From assembly GCF_006345805.1 (NCBI RefSeq), contig NC_043002.1, positions 26,536,001-26,600,000 on the forward strand: a stretch of DNA of 64,000 nucleotides, in the 5' to 3' direction. Positions 41,621-54,639 of the stretch are shown piece by piece. Below the pieces are notes generated by a model. That model made no database searches and was not told the origin of the DNA. It saw only the letters and a list, made by a program, of their open reading frames with translations. A program made the position numbers and the translations under genes. This DNA comes from Octopus sinensis (Eukaryota). The number at the start of each line of letters is the position of its first letter. Within the stretch, counting starts at the first letter, position 1.

Positions 41621-41765
41621 ACCTATCCATTCTTGTTGCTTCTTTCTCGCTTATAATCACCCCACATTACTGTATTGTTAAATCAGTATAGTTTTTTTGG
41701 TGCATCTAAGTTAGGTACCATATTCAAGTAAATTCATTTAAATTAACTTGAATCTTTATTGCTCT

Positions 41766-41819
<54 letters not shown>

Positions 41820-41954
41820 ATATATCTATCTATGTATGTATGTATGTATGTATGTATGTATGTATGTATGTATGTATGTATGTATGTATGTATGTATGTA
41901 TTGGTGTGTGTGAATGTAAATATGTATATGTGTAAACCTTTAAATTTACATACA

Positions 41955-42985
41955 TAGGGTGAGTAAGGTATTTGAGGATATACCTATTTGGGAGTCATTG
42001 CGGCCTTGTTTGTTTCAGAATATAATAATGGCAGACACTCAGCTTACTCAAGAAATAAAAAGGCATGCTGTTATTGTGGATATAAAGCCTGTTTTAAAAG
42101 TTGCCAGATCTTTCGCCTACAAAGTTTGTTAAGAGCTAGAGATTGGAGATGGAAATATATCATCAGTATCAACGCATAAAATGCATTGTACACGGTCTGA
42201 AATCACCAGAACAGCGGAATGTATACAGCAAAGTCAACAGACCATTGATTACATCCAAGAAAGTCCATAAGGTCAATTGCAAAAGATCCCCATGCGTCAG
42301 AAGGAACAGTAAAAAATCAGATATAAGATATGATGAGGAAAGATCAATTTTCCAGAAAAAGGAAAATAAAATCACTACGTCAGATCTAAAATGCTTTCAA
42401 ACAAACTGAAAAATCCAGCAGATTTGGTTTGGTGTTTCTCAAACGAGAAAGACTTCGACCAAGACCAAAACGTTAACAGAAGAAATGACAGATGGTCATG
42501 TGCAGACCCTTCTGAAGTCCCTGCAACTGTCATGTTTTTAGGGGTTTTCAGCAATGAAGGACATGTGATGCCTCCTTACTTTTCTACAAGGACTTAGAAT
42601 TAAATCTGCCGCCTAAACTGAGGCTCTGGAAATAAGTGTTAAGTTCTGGATAGACAGTGTATGCAATGGGTGGCCATATGTGTTTCAGTAAGACTGCACT
42701 ATCACACATGGCTCTAGTAACTCAAGAATGGATGACTGAAAATTTTCATGATTACATACATTTGGCCTTTTACTTCTCGAGATCTCACTCCATTGGACTA
42801 TTACACGTGGAGCGTTGTTGAGAGTGACGTCAATGAACACACCCATAACACCAAAGATTCTTCGAAAGCTGCCATAGTCAGAATAAAGTTAACCGAGACC
42901 ACTTGATTCGAGCATGTAGATGATTTACATCTCATCTCGAAGCAGTTGTTGAAGCTGAAGATGGTTTATTGAATAAGATTATAGA
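41955..42985 (+). mobile_element. Tc1/mariner DD37D-type transposase pseudogene
   Basis: WCFSNEKDFDQDQNVNRRNDRW...VMFLGVFSNEGHVMPP, YVFQ*D, SRDLTPLDYYTWSVVE, HLIRACR*F..LEAVVEAE; frameshifts. Confidence 0.85.
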
Positions 42986-43502
42986 GTAAAAATTATCCGG
43001 AGTGTTGCCATATCTAGAGGAAATCGTCGAATCACCATCGGTGAGTTATCAGAGGATGTGCAGATTAGTTACGTTTCAGTTATGTCCATCGTCACTGAAG
43101 ATTTGGGTAGCAGACGCGTGTCTACCAAATTTCTGCCAAAAGTTCTTCTGGCTGACCAAAAGGAAATCCGGGTTTCAGTCACACAAGATCTCTTTGATTA
43201 TGTCGAGAACGATGAACATTTTTGAAAACTTTGCGTAGATCTCTGAGAAGGTATCACCAAGCTTTCGGCAAAATTTGATGCAGATTCTTTGCTTAACTTT
43301 CTCTTTCATGGCCAATGCGACGATCACACGCTACACATCTTTATTCCAAGCACTGCTGCAAACAGCGGTAGTAAGCTAGAACGTTAAAACTTACTTTATA
43401 TGCACAGCAGAGTTCAAAGTTAATGTTTCAATTGGTTTCACTTTGAAAAGATTTAGCTTCGTCCCTATGGCAACAGTACGGATAATTATTGATCAGACCC
43501 CG
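42986..43502 (+). mobile_element. Internally deleted mariner
   Basis: NRRITIGELSEDVQISYVSVMSIVTEDLGSRRVSTKFLPK; right TIR CGGATAATTATTGATCAGACCCCG followed by TA. Confidence 0.72.
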
Positions 43503-44272
43503 TATGTGTGTGTGTGTGTGTGTGCGCGCGCGCGCGTGTGTGTGCGTGTGTGTTTTGTGTGTGAGTGAGTTTGTGTCTGTGCGTAACGAACGCCTATTAT
43601 ATTATTGCTAATATACGAGTGAAACTCAGAGATAGAGTGTCAGGGTGATGTAGTTCCTAAGCAGGGAAGTGGAAGATAGATGTGCTAGAAAATAGAAAGA
43701 AACAATGGTAGCTGCTATAGCTCAAAAAAATTATGGAAATGTGAAGAACTTTTGACTTGAATTTCTTAGAAATAAATCACTTCCCTCTTGGCGTGTAATG
43801 ATGTGAGCGTGTGTGCAAGTGAAGTGTTTGACTGTGTCTGTGTTTGGCTCCCTCTCACTATCTGTGCATGTGTGTATATGTAGTTGTCTGTAGCCGCTTC
43901 TCTACGGTCTCTAAAGTGTCATGCGAATGACATTGTTGCTATTGTCACCTGATGTTTTCAACAATATCGTATGCGAATGTGATGCAGGTTATGAATAGTT
44001 TGTGGCTTTATTGTTGTTCTCCACCTGAAGATCGACTAGATTTGCCTTCAGATACATTCCAACTCAGCCTGTCAGTCTATCAATATTTAAGACGTCAGTG
44101 TCTAATTTCCCTGTGATTTGGCTGTTTTATCTTTCTTTTCCTTTCTTCTGTATAACATGTATCTATTTACGTATGTATGTATGTATGCATGCATTGGTGC
44201 ATGTATGTATGTGAGTGTGTGTATGTATATATGAATGTATCTATATATGCATAGATATAAACATATATAAAC

Positions 44273-44356
<84 letters not shown>

Positions 44357-44433
44357 GGAGTAAGCACATAAATGTAAAACGAGGTGGAAAAAAGAGTAAT
44401 ACGCTTTACTTAAAAACAGCAGAAATACAACAA

Positions 44434-44477
44434 AAGCTGTTACTCAGAGTTTCGCGTTCCTGTTCGTCGCACAGCTT
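44434..44477 (-). ncRNA. Degenerate type I hammerhead motif
   Basis: AAGCUGU-GCGACGA-acaggaacgc-GAA-ACUC(u)GAGU-A-ACAGCUU: perfect 7-bp stem I, but core positions 3-4 and stem II are altered. Confidence 0.5.
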
Positions 44478-44499
44478 TGTTATATATATATATATAACT

Positions 44500-46330
44500 C
44501 TAATCTTCTTCAAAATAGGATCATCTGACTTCATAAATAAACTAGTTCCCCATTGGCATGTAATGCCTCTTCATGAATGCAACATGCAAGTTTTCAAAAG
44601 TGAAAGTGTCCAGGACTTTCAACTAGAAGAAGCAAACGTCACAGGGAAAACGTCTTGGTTGTATGGAGACAGAGGGAGAGTTTTGATGGCCATCTTTTTC
44701 AGTTAATTGTTTACCATATGGAACTATGGACTGGTGCATTATCCTGGCGTAGGTGATCTATTCTTTTGCGATGAAACCTCTTTCTGATCTTCCTCAAAGC
44801 ATTCACAAAGTACTCGTTGTTGGCCTTCTGACAAGAGGGAACCCAGTGGCTGTATCAGGTCATCCCATAACTTCTGTCCGAATTTTGAATAAAGAAAACA
44901 AGTGATCAAATGGTATATTTAAATAAAATTTAATCATCAATGTACCTTCCTGATTATCTATGGCATCCTTCCATCTATGCACAAGCTTTTTAATCCCATC
45001 ACTGTAAACTCTTTTGGTTTCAAAGCGAAGAACACTGAAATGTCAGTTTCGACCTCCTCCTGGCTTGCGAAAGTTATGTTCCCCAAATGATTCTGTAAAC
45101 TACGAAACAAATGGTAGTCTGAATGAGCAAGTTCGGGAGAATAAGTTGGAAGAGAAATTTTTTTCCGAACCAAGCTCTTCGATCTTCTGTGATGTGATCT
45201 TTGCAGTGTGGAGTTGCGCATTGTCCTGATGAAACATTACTCCTTTTCGATTCACTAAAGCGGGTCTTTTTTTCTTCAAAGCTTGATTCAAACGCTCTAA
45301 TTGCTGACAATAGACTTGAGTTTTGATTGTTGTATTAGGTGGTAACAATTCAAAGTGAATTACTCCTTTGCAATCCCGCCAGGTAGAGAGAAGAACCTTT
45401 TCCCATGAAGTTCCCTTCTCAGTTGTAGTTGAGCTTTTTCCCTTTTACGAAGCCACTGTTTACAACATTAAACATTTCGTCACCAGTCATAAGTCTATAC
45501 AAAAAGGGTTAAATGAGTTCGCAAGAATGGAAAGAAGAGCAGATGTCAACTCGGGATTTGTGGTTGCTTTCGGATGACGATGAACACTTGTATGATTTAA
45601 ACTATGCATTATTGCCAGTTCTTCAACTGATAATTCAGGATTTTCTTCAAGTAATGCTTCAAGGAGCTTATCATAAAACTCAACTGGACGTCTTGTTCGA
45701 TCTTCATCTTCAAAGCTAAAATCTCCACTTCTGAATTCTGCAAACCATCTTCTGCAAGTTCTTTCATTCAAGCATTCTTTCTTATAAACTGAGTGTATGT
45801 TTCAAGCCGCTTCGGCTGCAGAGTTTCCTTTTTTGTACTCATAAAGCATTATGTGCCTCAATTGCTCGTTGGATACTTCCATGTTAGAAAGGGATTTAAT
45901 TAAAGAAATTTTAATTCGATTATTCTGTAAAATAACATTTAATTAGTTTAAATGTTCACAAATGCATAAAAATAATTCTTAATTCCATTAGACCTTCTGA
46001 AATATTTCATTCAATTTTAAAATAGGTAAAATCGGACAGGACTTATGGGATGACATGATAGAAGGTGCCCTTCGTGTCGAAAAAGGCTATCGTCATGACC
46101 TACTTCTTGTATTTATCTTCCCTGGCTCCTTATGCCAAAAGTAATCACATGCTCCACTCATACAAGTTAATCCATTATCAAACTTGAGCATTTCGTAAGT
46201 TACTCTACCGTTTTTGCTCAGTTTAACACAAAACTTTCTTGCATAGTGAGCAGATTGTCTTCACATCACGTTTGAAATCTACAAACTGGTCAGTTGTGAC
46301 AAGCACTGTTTCGGAAGGTGTGTTTAAAGT
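44500..46330 (-). mobile_element. Older mariner remnant, split by a younger mariner
   Basis: Catalytic region VMTIAFFDTKGTF|YSHWVP...QDNAPVH...LPLSPY continues across the insertion at 44855-46058; N-terminal remnant at ~46120-46300. Confidence 0.7.
44855..46058 (-). mobile_element. Mariner (DD34D) element with TIRs and TA duplication; transposase disrupted
   Basis: TIR TCAGGTCATCCCATAACTTCTGTCCGA matched at 46032-46058; TA at 44853-44854 and 46059-46060; MEVSNEQLRHIML (ATG at 45882), RRWFAEFRSGDF, FHQDNA, YSPELAHSDYHLFRSLQNHL. Confidence 0.92.
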
Positions 46331-47646
46331 GCTGTTACTGTTGTTTTCTTCAATCTGGAATAACAAACGTTATTAGATGTATGAGAATGATATACTAAAA
46401 TCATTATGATCTAGAACTATTTTTAGCTACCCCTTCTAAAGAAATCCTCAGAACTTCTGGAGTGCATCTTCTGTGTTAGTTCTTACATGTTGCCGACCAA
46501 TAATTCTTTTACTAGTAGTAGCAGTAGTAGTAGTAGTAGCAGCAGCAGTATCAGTACTAGTAGGAGTGGTAGTTGTGGTTGTAGTAGTGATGGTGGTGGT
46601 AGCGGTGGTGGTGGTGGTGCGTTGTTGCTGTTGGTGGTGGTGGTGTTTTTACTAGAATCAATGCTACATTATCTAATGTGTTATGCTTGTATTTTTGGAT
46701 TATAATGCTTAAATTGACTTGGGGGATGCGTATGGATGTCATTCTTAGCAAGTGAAACCGCTTCCCACCTCTTGGTTCGTAACAGGCTCATGACACAAAA
46801 TTTTGAAATAAATAAGGATAATTCATTTATTATTTGATCTCGGAAAGCCATTTCAGTGAATGAATGTAAGATTTCTTCCCAGCTCTTGTTACTTTTGCGT
46901 TGTTCCTACACAAAATTTGATAATTGTATGGCATTAAAGTCAATATTCGGTTGGAGATTTTTTGCATTCTTTTTCATTTTCTCTTTGAAAATCAATTGAG
47001 TGTTTGAAATAAAACAGCCTTCCTTGTTTGACAGAAACTGTGCATTGTTTTTCTCTCTTTTTTAATCGTATGTTGATTATACGATGCATCTGAATTAAAC
47101 CTTTCAAGCAAACCTCTTTGTGTGTTCTAAATTTCTGATCGAAAATGTTCGTGACATTTTGTAATCACAAATAAAGCATAAGACGATGACATAGCCAACA
47201 TATTGTTTATTTTCCTATTGATTTCATTAAATATATAATTAAAATGCTATTATTCCTTAACTCATTCGACTTTCCAGTTAATTAGTTTTGTTGTTTAGCA
47301 ATAGATCAGCTTTTACAGAGCAGACATATATGCATGAAATACATTGAAATCACGATCATCTACTTGCTTTCTGACATTGTTCTGTAATATAGAGCCTGAA
47401 CCTCTGTTTTCAAAGCAAGCTAGCCGTAATTTGGAGGCAATTTGGTTGCAATATCTAATAACGCAAACAGTATTACCCACTGGGTTGCTTGTAAATCTCA
47501 TACAATAGCTTTTGCACGGAGAGAATATATTCAAATTCACTCACAAAAATTCTAGCATCACAAGGCACTAGTCGAAAAAAAAAATCTGACGAATGTTGGG
47601 ATACTATACATACATACATGCATAGATACACAAACATATACATTTA

Positions 47647-47688
<42 letters not shown>

Positions 47689-47698
47689 GTGTACAAGG

Positions 47699-47760
<62 letters not shown>

Positions 47761-48027
47761 GTAAAGTATATATATATATAAATACATATATACATGTATA
47801 CACACACATATATATGTAGGATGTGTCGAATCGATCGTCGTACTGAATAAAGATTCGTACTAAATCCATTTTCCGTTTTATTTATCAACATTAAACTCAA
47901 CAAACACTGCGGATTTCCTGACATAGACCCAGTGAAAATTATAAACGGCGAATGTGCTTTAATCAATATACCAATGAACATATACCTAAACACCATATAT
48001 ACATATATATATATATATACACATATA

Positions 48028-48441
48028 GTTGATAAAGGAAACGGAAGATGGATTTAGTACGAATCTTTATTCAGTACGATGATCGTTTCGACACAACCTA
48101 CATCTGTCCCATAAGATATTGTACATCTTGTTGCGTTGCATCAATCAGTGCAGGTGTTTGGTGTAGAAAAATATACTGACATCCCTTTGGTATGTTGTTC
48201 TGACAGAACGTTACCGGTAACATTCTGTCAACAACCAGCGAGTACACCATGTCCAATAGAGTTCACTATACCTTATGGGATATTTTTCTGCACCAAGTAC
48301 TTGTAGTGACATGGCCTCCACTGATTGATGCAACGCAACCAGATGCACAATATCCAATGGGAATGATGCAGGATGTGGCGAAATGGTTGTCGTGCTGAAT
48401 AAAGATTCACACTAAATCTATGTTCCGTTTCCTTTATCAAC
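48028..48441. mobile_element. Palindromic MITE-like element with TA target duplication
   Basis: Begins GTTGATAAAGGAAACGG and ends CCGTTTCCTTTATCAAC, flanked by TA; imperfect arms converge on TGACAGAACGTTACCGGTAACATTCTGTCA; partial extra copy at ~47812-47890. Confidence 0.82.
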
Positions 48442-48443
48442 TA

Positions 48444-48473
48444 TTATTATTATTACTATAATCATCATCATCA

Positions 48474-48510
<37 letters not shown>

Positions 48511-48517
48511 GATTATG

Positions 48518-48599
<82 letters not shown>

Positions 48600-48651
48600 T
48601 TATTATTATTATTATTATTATTATTATATTATTATTATTATTATTATTATT
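48444..48651. repeat. (ATT)n microsatellite, forming the tail of the adjacent R4/Dong element
   Basis: Direct reading. Confidence 0.95.
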
Positions 48652-48870
48652 TCTCCTTATCACAGGTTCTGTTGGCGCTCCTGGAGTCTTACATGTATTG
48701 CGGGTTTGCTACCTACCGCCTCCGGTACCATGCTATCCATTCTTTTCAGCGATCTAATACTTTCCTCATTATTCTGGCCGTGCCAAGGAGACAAACCGTT
48801 TGTATCTGTTCTACTGGGCACTCTATTCCAATTATATTCCGCTTGATGCCTTAAGACACTGACCCAACAA
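48652..48870 (-). mobile_element. R4/Dong LINE 3' end (second family)
   Basis: Minus frame GIECPVEQIQTVCLLGTARIMRKVLDR*, then a short UTR and (AAT)n. Confidence 0.75.
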
Positions 48871-48954
48871 TAACTAGTATTATGTTCACCTTCATTTATT
48901 ATTATCATTATCACTATTATTTTTATTATTAAAGATCTTATGTGTTGCAGTGTA

Positions 48955-49200
48955 CATACATACATACATACACGCATTCACACATGCATAGATACTTACA
49001 TACTTAAATACATACATACGTACATACACACACATACATACATACATAAATACATGCATACATACATACATGCATACATACATACATGTATGCATACATA
49101 CATACATACATACATACATACATACATACATACATACATACATGCATACATACATACATACATACATACATACATACATACATACATAAGTACATACATA
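48955..49200. repeat. (CATA)n microsatellite abutting an RTE 3' end
   Basis: Direct reading. Confidence 0.95.
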
Positions 49201-49610
49201 GATCATCCCTGTACATATTTAGTTCACTACTGGATGAAGGCCTCAGCATGTTCTGTCCGCCAACCATGTTTGAGTGCCGAAGAACTTAACAAGTATTCAT
49301 TCCAAAATCTGCATTGTCTTCTTTTTTTCTGTCCCTGGTGTCTATTCTGTCAGTTTGTTATTCCATCTATTATCTTTTCTTCCAAATACATGTTCCGTGA
49401 ACGACCTTTTCAGGATTTTCATTTTTCAGATAATGTCCGTTAAACCTTTTATCCTGTAGTTTCTTCTCTTATAATTTTGTTAATCTTCACCCTTCTCCTT
49501 TCCTTGGCTCTTTGTGTTGATCTTAATTTATTTTCAATGCGCTCGTTGGCAGTCCATGTTTGTGATGCATACATAATGGTAGCAGAAAACATTGAATGAA
49601 GACCTTCCTT
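49200..49610 (-). mobile_element. RTE LINE 3' end
   Basis: KVFIQCFSATIMYASQTWT...KLRSTQRAKER...EAFIQ*. Confidence 0.75.
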
Positions 49611-52299
49611 TTAGACATTGACACGTTACTACTCATGGTGTATTTCAAAATGCCTGTCCTAATTGGTTTACTCGTTCAATTTCTTTGGTCTAATATTTTT
49701 CCTTTAAGCAAATTAATTATCCAATATAATTCGTTGAATTCACAGTTTTGGCATAAACAGACCTCCCGACTTGTGTCCTTTATACTAAGCCACCTGATGA
49801 TACACGCTATTATTTATTGCTATATCTGCTTCAAATTACAATGTTTTTAAAAAATATTTCACGTTCTTACGCAAGTGTCTGAGTTTGCGTGTATGTGTTT
49901 GTGTGTGTGTGTGAGAGAGAAAGAGAGAAAGAGAGAGAAAGTGAGAGAGAGCGTGTGTGTGCGTGTGTGTGTGTGTGTGCATGACAATTTGTGACGAACA
50001 CTTCGCCTACGTAGTTTCAGTTTATGGTAGAAAATATTTGCACATGTTGTGTTCGAACTTTATACCACTGCCCTACAAAAGCCTTATGAAGAAAATCAAT
50101 ATGGAAGTAATTTCAAAGAAAATTTATACCTCCTACCAAAATTAATTTTTACAACTCTACGTTGATCGTTTCAGAATTAATTAATTTAAACCTGTTATTG
50201 GTATCAATTAATGAATCCCGAGAAGATTCGTATAATTAGGTTAGTAGTTAATGAGGCAAAGGTGAATGAGATATAATAAAGTTACATATAAGATACATCA
50301 TGCGAAACAAATCAATGGGGGAATCTAAAAGTGATGAGTAAATTTGATTGAAAAAGGCAACACATCACATTCAGCTGACATCAAACCTTCGAGAATATAG
50401 GCATAAATTTATGTTGTTGTAGTTGTATAAACTATACATTATATGATGTATGGTACCAAGTAGAATGGCTTTGGTTATTTGTTAGATCAAATCTGATTAG
50501 GAGCGAAAACACAACAACCATTGCCATATATTCAGCAATAGCTGCTGTTGTGTTACTGTCAACATTTAACACCAGGCTGGTCATAATCGAGTAGGTCTCT
50601 GATTGCAGGTATTCCAGACATGCCATGTCAACCAGCATTTTTGTATTCTTAAAGCAGTATGTGACTCGATTAATTTATCTGGTGTAACGTGCCTCTGTTA
50701 AGAAGTTAAGCTTTGAACTGAAGGTGACATAGTAGCTCTTTCTACCAAGTCAAATGGATACAAGGACATCTCTGAATGGAATGCATATTTATTTTTTATA
50801 TCTAGTTTACCTCTGTGTGTGTGTGTGTGTATTTATATCATTTATGATTGTGCTTATTCATACATATGTATGAAATATTCAATAATGGAAATGAAGGATC
50901 ATCCAATACCTTTCAGTAGATTATCATGTACATTTCACTTTTAAAGTAAAACATTAGCTACTACTTCCAAGTTGCGGTTTGATAACCTTCCTACCTAGTG
51001 TATTGCGTTGGTTTTATAAGTCTTATACCTAAATTTGAAGGTAGATCAATGTATATGCAAGTAAATGGTATCAAACTATATATTCTGGCGTCTGTAAAAA
51101 ATATCTTTATAACTCGTTCATTGGATGGGCGAAACATCTGGGGATAAAGTAGTCGAATGGAAATAATGATAATGGTAAGAAGGGGGAGAGTCAGCAAATA
51201 TTTATAAGAAAGAGTTAGAAACAAAAGGATGGCAGGGATATTTCCTTTTGCTTTGAAAGTAAAAGCTTTGTTGAAACTAGTTTTGTAGCATCGAAGTTAT
51301 TGATTGTTTACATATTATTGCTTGTATCTTAAAATTTCCAAGGGAAATCCGTCGTGTATGTTGATATGCTGGAGTAAGCGGTTTACTAGGTACACAAAAG
51401 AATATATTTCATGAGTTCAGTGAACAAATATGTTCACCTTTAGCTACAGTACGCTTCGTGCAGACTTAAGCACCACTTTTGTTTTCTCTAATTTCTCTGT
51501 CGACCAAAAGCAGTGCAGGCATTGGAGAAGAAACCCATTATTTTGTAAATATTGTTATATGAGTGAGCCACCAGATGATAACCGTTTATGTTTAAAGAAT
51601 TGAGAATTAGTGTTGATTTGGATTTAATGTTTAACTCATTTAATTTTCAACTCATTAATAAGTTTACTTGGTATGCGAGAGCAAGCAAAAATACCTACCT
51701 CACAGTTGCAGACTGTATGAATAATTACAATTGAAAATATATGAAAATATAAGGTAGAGGTATGCATCTTGTTTGAAACTACTGTTCACATTTATCGTTT
51801 CCCCTCAGAGCAAGATTAGATTTGAAGTAGGCCTGCATGCCACTTTGTATTTCGACAAACGTTTCAACAAATTCATCTGGGTTTCTCAAGTAAGACGTTT
51901 TAGGTAGCTCAGCTCTAATTAGTTATTCTCTGCTTTCTACACGCCTCCTGCAACTCTCCAGCCCTTAAGATTAAGATAAAATGTACGGTGATTCGGCCTT
52001 TTGAAAATTCACATTGAGATTATGGGATGGGGATTGGGCATACGTTTGTTTGCCAACGATTCGATAACATTTTCGTAAATATCTTATCAACAGTTAAAAT
52101 GTTCGGAAATACGGTGAAATTTACCACGTTTCAATTTAACGTTTTCCTTTGCGTAGCGATATCAGTATGGCACCTTTCCAAGCATGTGGAAGTGGTAAAA
52201 CATTCTACATATTGACAACCAATCGTGTCGCAAGATCAGTCACTACATACGCAGCAATCTTAATGACAGTAGCCTGTAGTTATAACAATTAATAACTAT

Positions 52300-53060
52300 C
52301 ATATCAAAACTTAAGGTATTGATTGAGTTGATCTGTTTAATGGCAATATTGACTTAACTTGAGCTGCAATTATGGTTATTGATGGACCGGACGATGCGTT
52401 ATGTTTTTGAGCGCTCAACTGGCAAAAAAGAATGATCTTGCGACGACCGGTGTTCTGTCCTGAGTAGAATGTATACGCCGCAGAATCCGAGAAACCGGAC
52501 ACATGAGCACATGGCTTAGGAAGGAACACTTTTGATCATGTACTGTAATTTCTACATCTTTTCTCAATAACATAGTACTGAGAAAGATTTCTATGATATT
52601 TTCATCTATTTAGTTTTTGTGCTCTCTCCTTGACTTCACAATAACTTCGGTATCACTGATCAAGGTATATTTATCTTTGAAACAGAGAGGAATAGTAGTC
52701 GACCAGCGCGGATTAAATATCTTGGTACAGAAGTTCCACCTTGATTTAGAGTCATTTTTCACCTCACTTTTCCTCGCAACGCCGATATATTGGGCGTCAA
52801 TAACTCCTATTTCCTCAAAAGTTCTTTTTCAAATAAAGTAGAATTCAGAAATTTCTTTAGTAATTTATACTCGATGTCTAGGAACACAGATATATCTGAT
52901 TTAATTTCATCGAACCAATCTTTGTCTGTGCGTGTCCTGAGGTTCAATATATTGGCAGGAGTGACATAAACTTTTGTTTGAAGTTTGACCATGAAACATC
53001 TGACAGTGAATTACCAAGAGCTTTACGAATATCGATCTTATATCGACTAAGTTCTCAATA
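52300..53060 (-). mobile_element. RTE LINE fragment (EN-RT linker and start of RT)
   Basis: RTDKDWFDEIKSDISVFL, IFNPRWSTTIPL...LISD, KA.....AAYTFYSG; heavily decayed. Confidence 0.62.
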
Positions 53061-53642
53061 AGAACAATATATAAGCACATATCCTTACTCGTGTACACAC
53101 ACAAACGCTCACACACATACGCACACAGTCATACACACATGCTTACACACACATACACGCATACTTATACACACACATTAATATACATGTGTGTATACGC
53201 ACACAATCAATCATACATACACACACAAATATACTTATTCAAAGATAGGCAATATACGTAAAAAAATGAGAGTGAAAGAAAGAGACACAGACAGTCAGAC
53301 AGATGGAGAGAAGGAAAGAGAGAAAGAGAGAGAGAGAGAGAGAGACAGAAAGAGCGCATATGATTACTTCAAGAAACAATATTCTAGGAAATTATGAAAA
53401 TGAACGTGTGCTGGAGGGAAAAACATCTATATTCATACACACAACTCTAACTAACAATATTCATATATGAAGTTTAAATGTTTTATCAAAAAATCACAGA
53501 CTTATCTCCACACATACACACACACACAGACACACACACACACACACATGCGCGCGCGCACGCACCCACCCACCACATATACATACATAGATATATACAC
53601 ACACATATACATTCATACATATATACATACATACATATATAT

Positions 53643-53826
53643 AGTTGAATTTTACAGAAAAACAAAAGACCAAGACAGGTGTATAAACAACAAGTAGCTG
53701 TATTAGTTTGACGCTCGGCAAGTTGAGGAAGTCTTTTACGTTTCGAGCCTATCCTCTTCAACAGAAAGGTATACGAGGAAATAACAGAGGGAGAATAAAA
53801 AAACCTGTGGATTTAGCGGTCAGTCA
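53643..53826 (-). mobile_element. Family X copy 3 with hammerhead-like motif at 53733-53768
   Basis: CUUU-CUGUUGA-A-GAGG(auag)GCUC-GAA-ACGU-A-AAAG; lies in a (CA)/(TA) tract. Confidence 0.68.
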
Positions 53827-53875
53827 CACATACACACGCAGACACACATACATACATACATGCATACATATATAC

Positions 53876-53908
<33 letters not shown>

Positions 53909-54077
53909 TATATATACCAATTAAGGACTGAACACGAAAAGGTGGACAGTCAACATGCTAGATATAGACGTCAAATCGCCATTCTCCACAAGGATTATGT
54001 TCTCAAATAAAAATAAAATTCAGCACGACCTAAAGCAATGGATGAGACAAAAGAAATATACTAAATGGAATAATTAC

Positions 54078-54137
54078 CTACGTACTGCAGTTTCAGCTAT
54101 TAATATCACAAGGATATCTGTAGCTTCATCAGCGTAG
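54078..54137 (-). ncRNA. Type I hammerhead ribozyme, left copy
   Basis: Reverse complement of 54640-54699. Confidence 0.9.
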
Positions 54138-54639
54138 TTTGTTATGAGTATAATATGCTGTACTAGATGAAAAACGGTACCGGAGTCCCGCATGCAAAAA
54201 GTACAACCTATTACGTTCGGATGTATCTTTCGAATGCCTCTACTTTTGGCGCGCTGATAATCGAAAAAACTAGCCTGCAGCCAATAATTAGCAGCAGTCA
54301 ATTTATCGGTTTGAGAACATATATTTCATATTTAAAAATTAAGGGTAGAAATTGATATTAGTCAATTAAAACCAGTGGTCTAGCACATTAAAAAGAATCC
54401 GAAGATTAAAATATTTATATATACCAATTAAGGACTGAACACGAAATATGAAATATATGTTCTCAAACCGATAAATTGACTGCTGCTAATTATTGGCTGC
54501 AGGCTAGTTTTTTCGATTATCAGCGCGCCAAAAGTAGAGGCATTCTAAAGATACATCCGAACGTAATAGGTTGTACTTTTTGCATGCGGGACTCCGGTAC
54601 CGTTTTTCATCTAGTACAGCATATTATGCTCATAACAAA

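Larger units (their letters stand above)
38825..41650. mobile_element. Young fold-back PLE-related element: inverted arms 38825-39902 and 40574-41650 around a ~670-bp spacer
   Basis: The arms are reverse complements, with about 4 substitutions and one 1-nt poly-G indel seen by eye; identical ORFs at 38857-39039(-) and 41436-41618(+); (TA)n at 38762-38823 and from 41770. Confidence 0.93.

Noticed and set aside
48055-48150. CTGATTGA...GAAACGATCATCGTA in the MITE arm, resembling a hammerhead
   Set aside because: The core has an extra nucleotide, stem I does not pair, and the opposite arm does not conserve stem III.
50432-50638. ORF and ITKAILLGT motif suggesting an old R4 3' end
   Set aside because: A single short motif with no TAA tail or RLE motifs.
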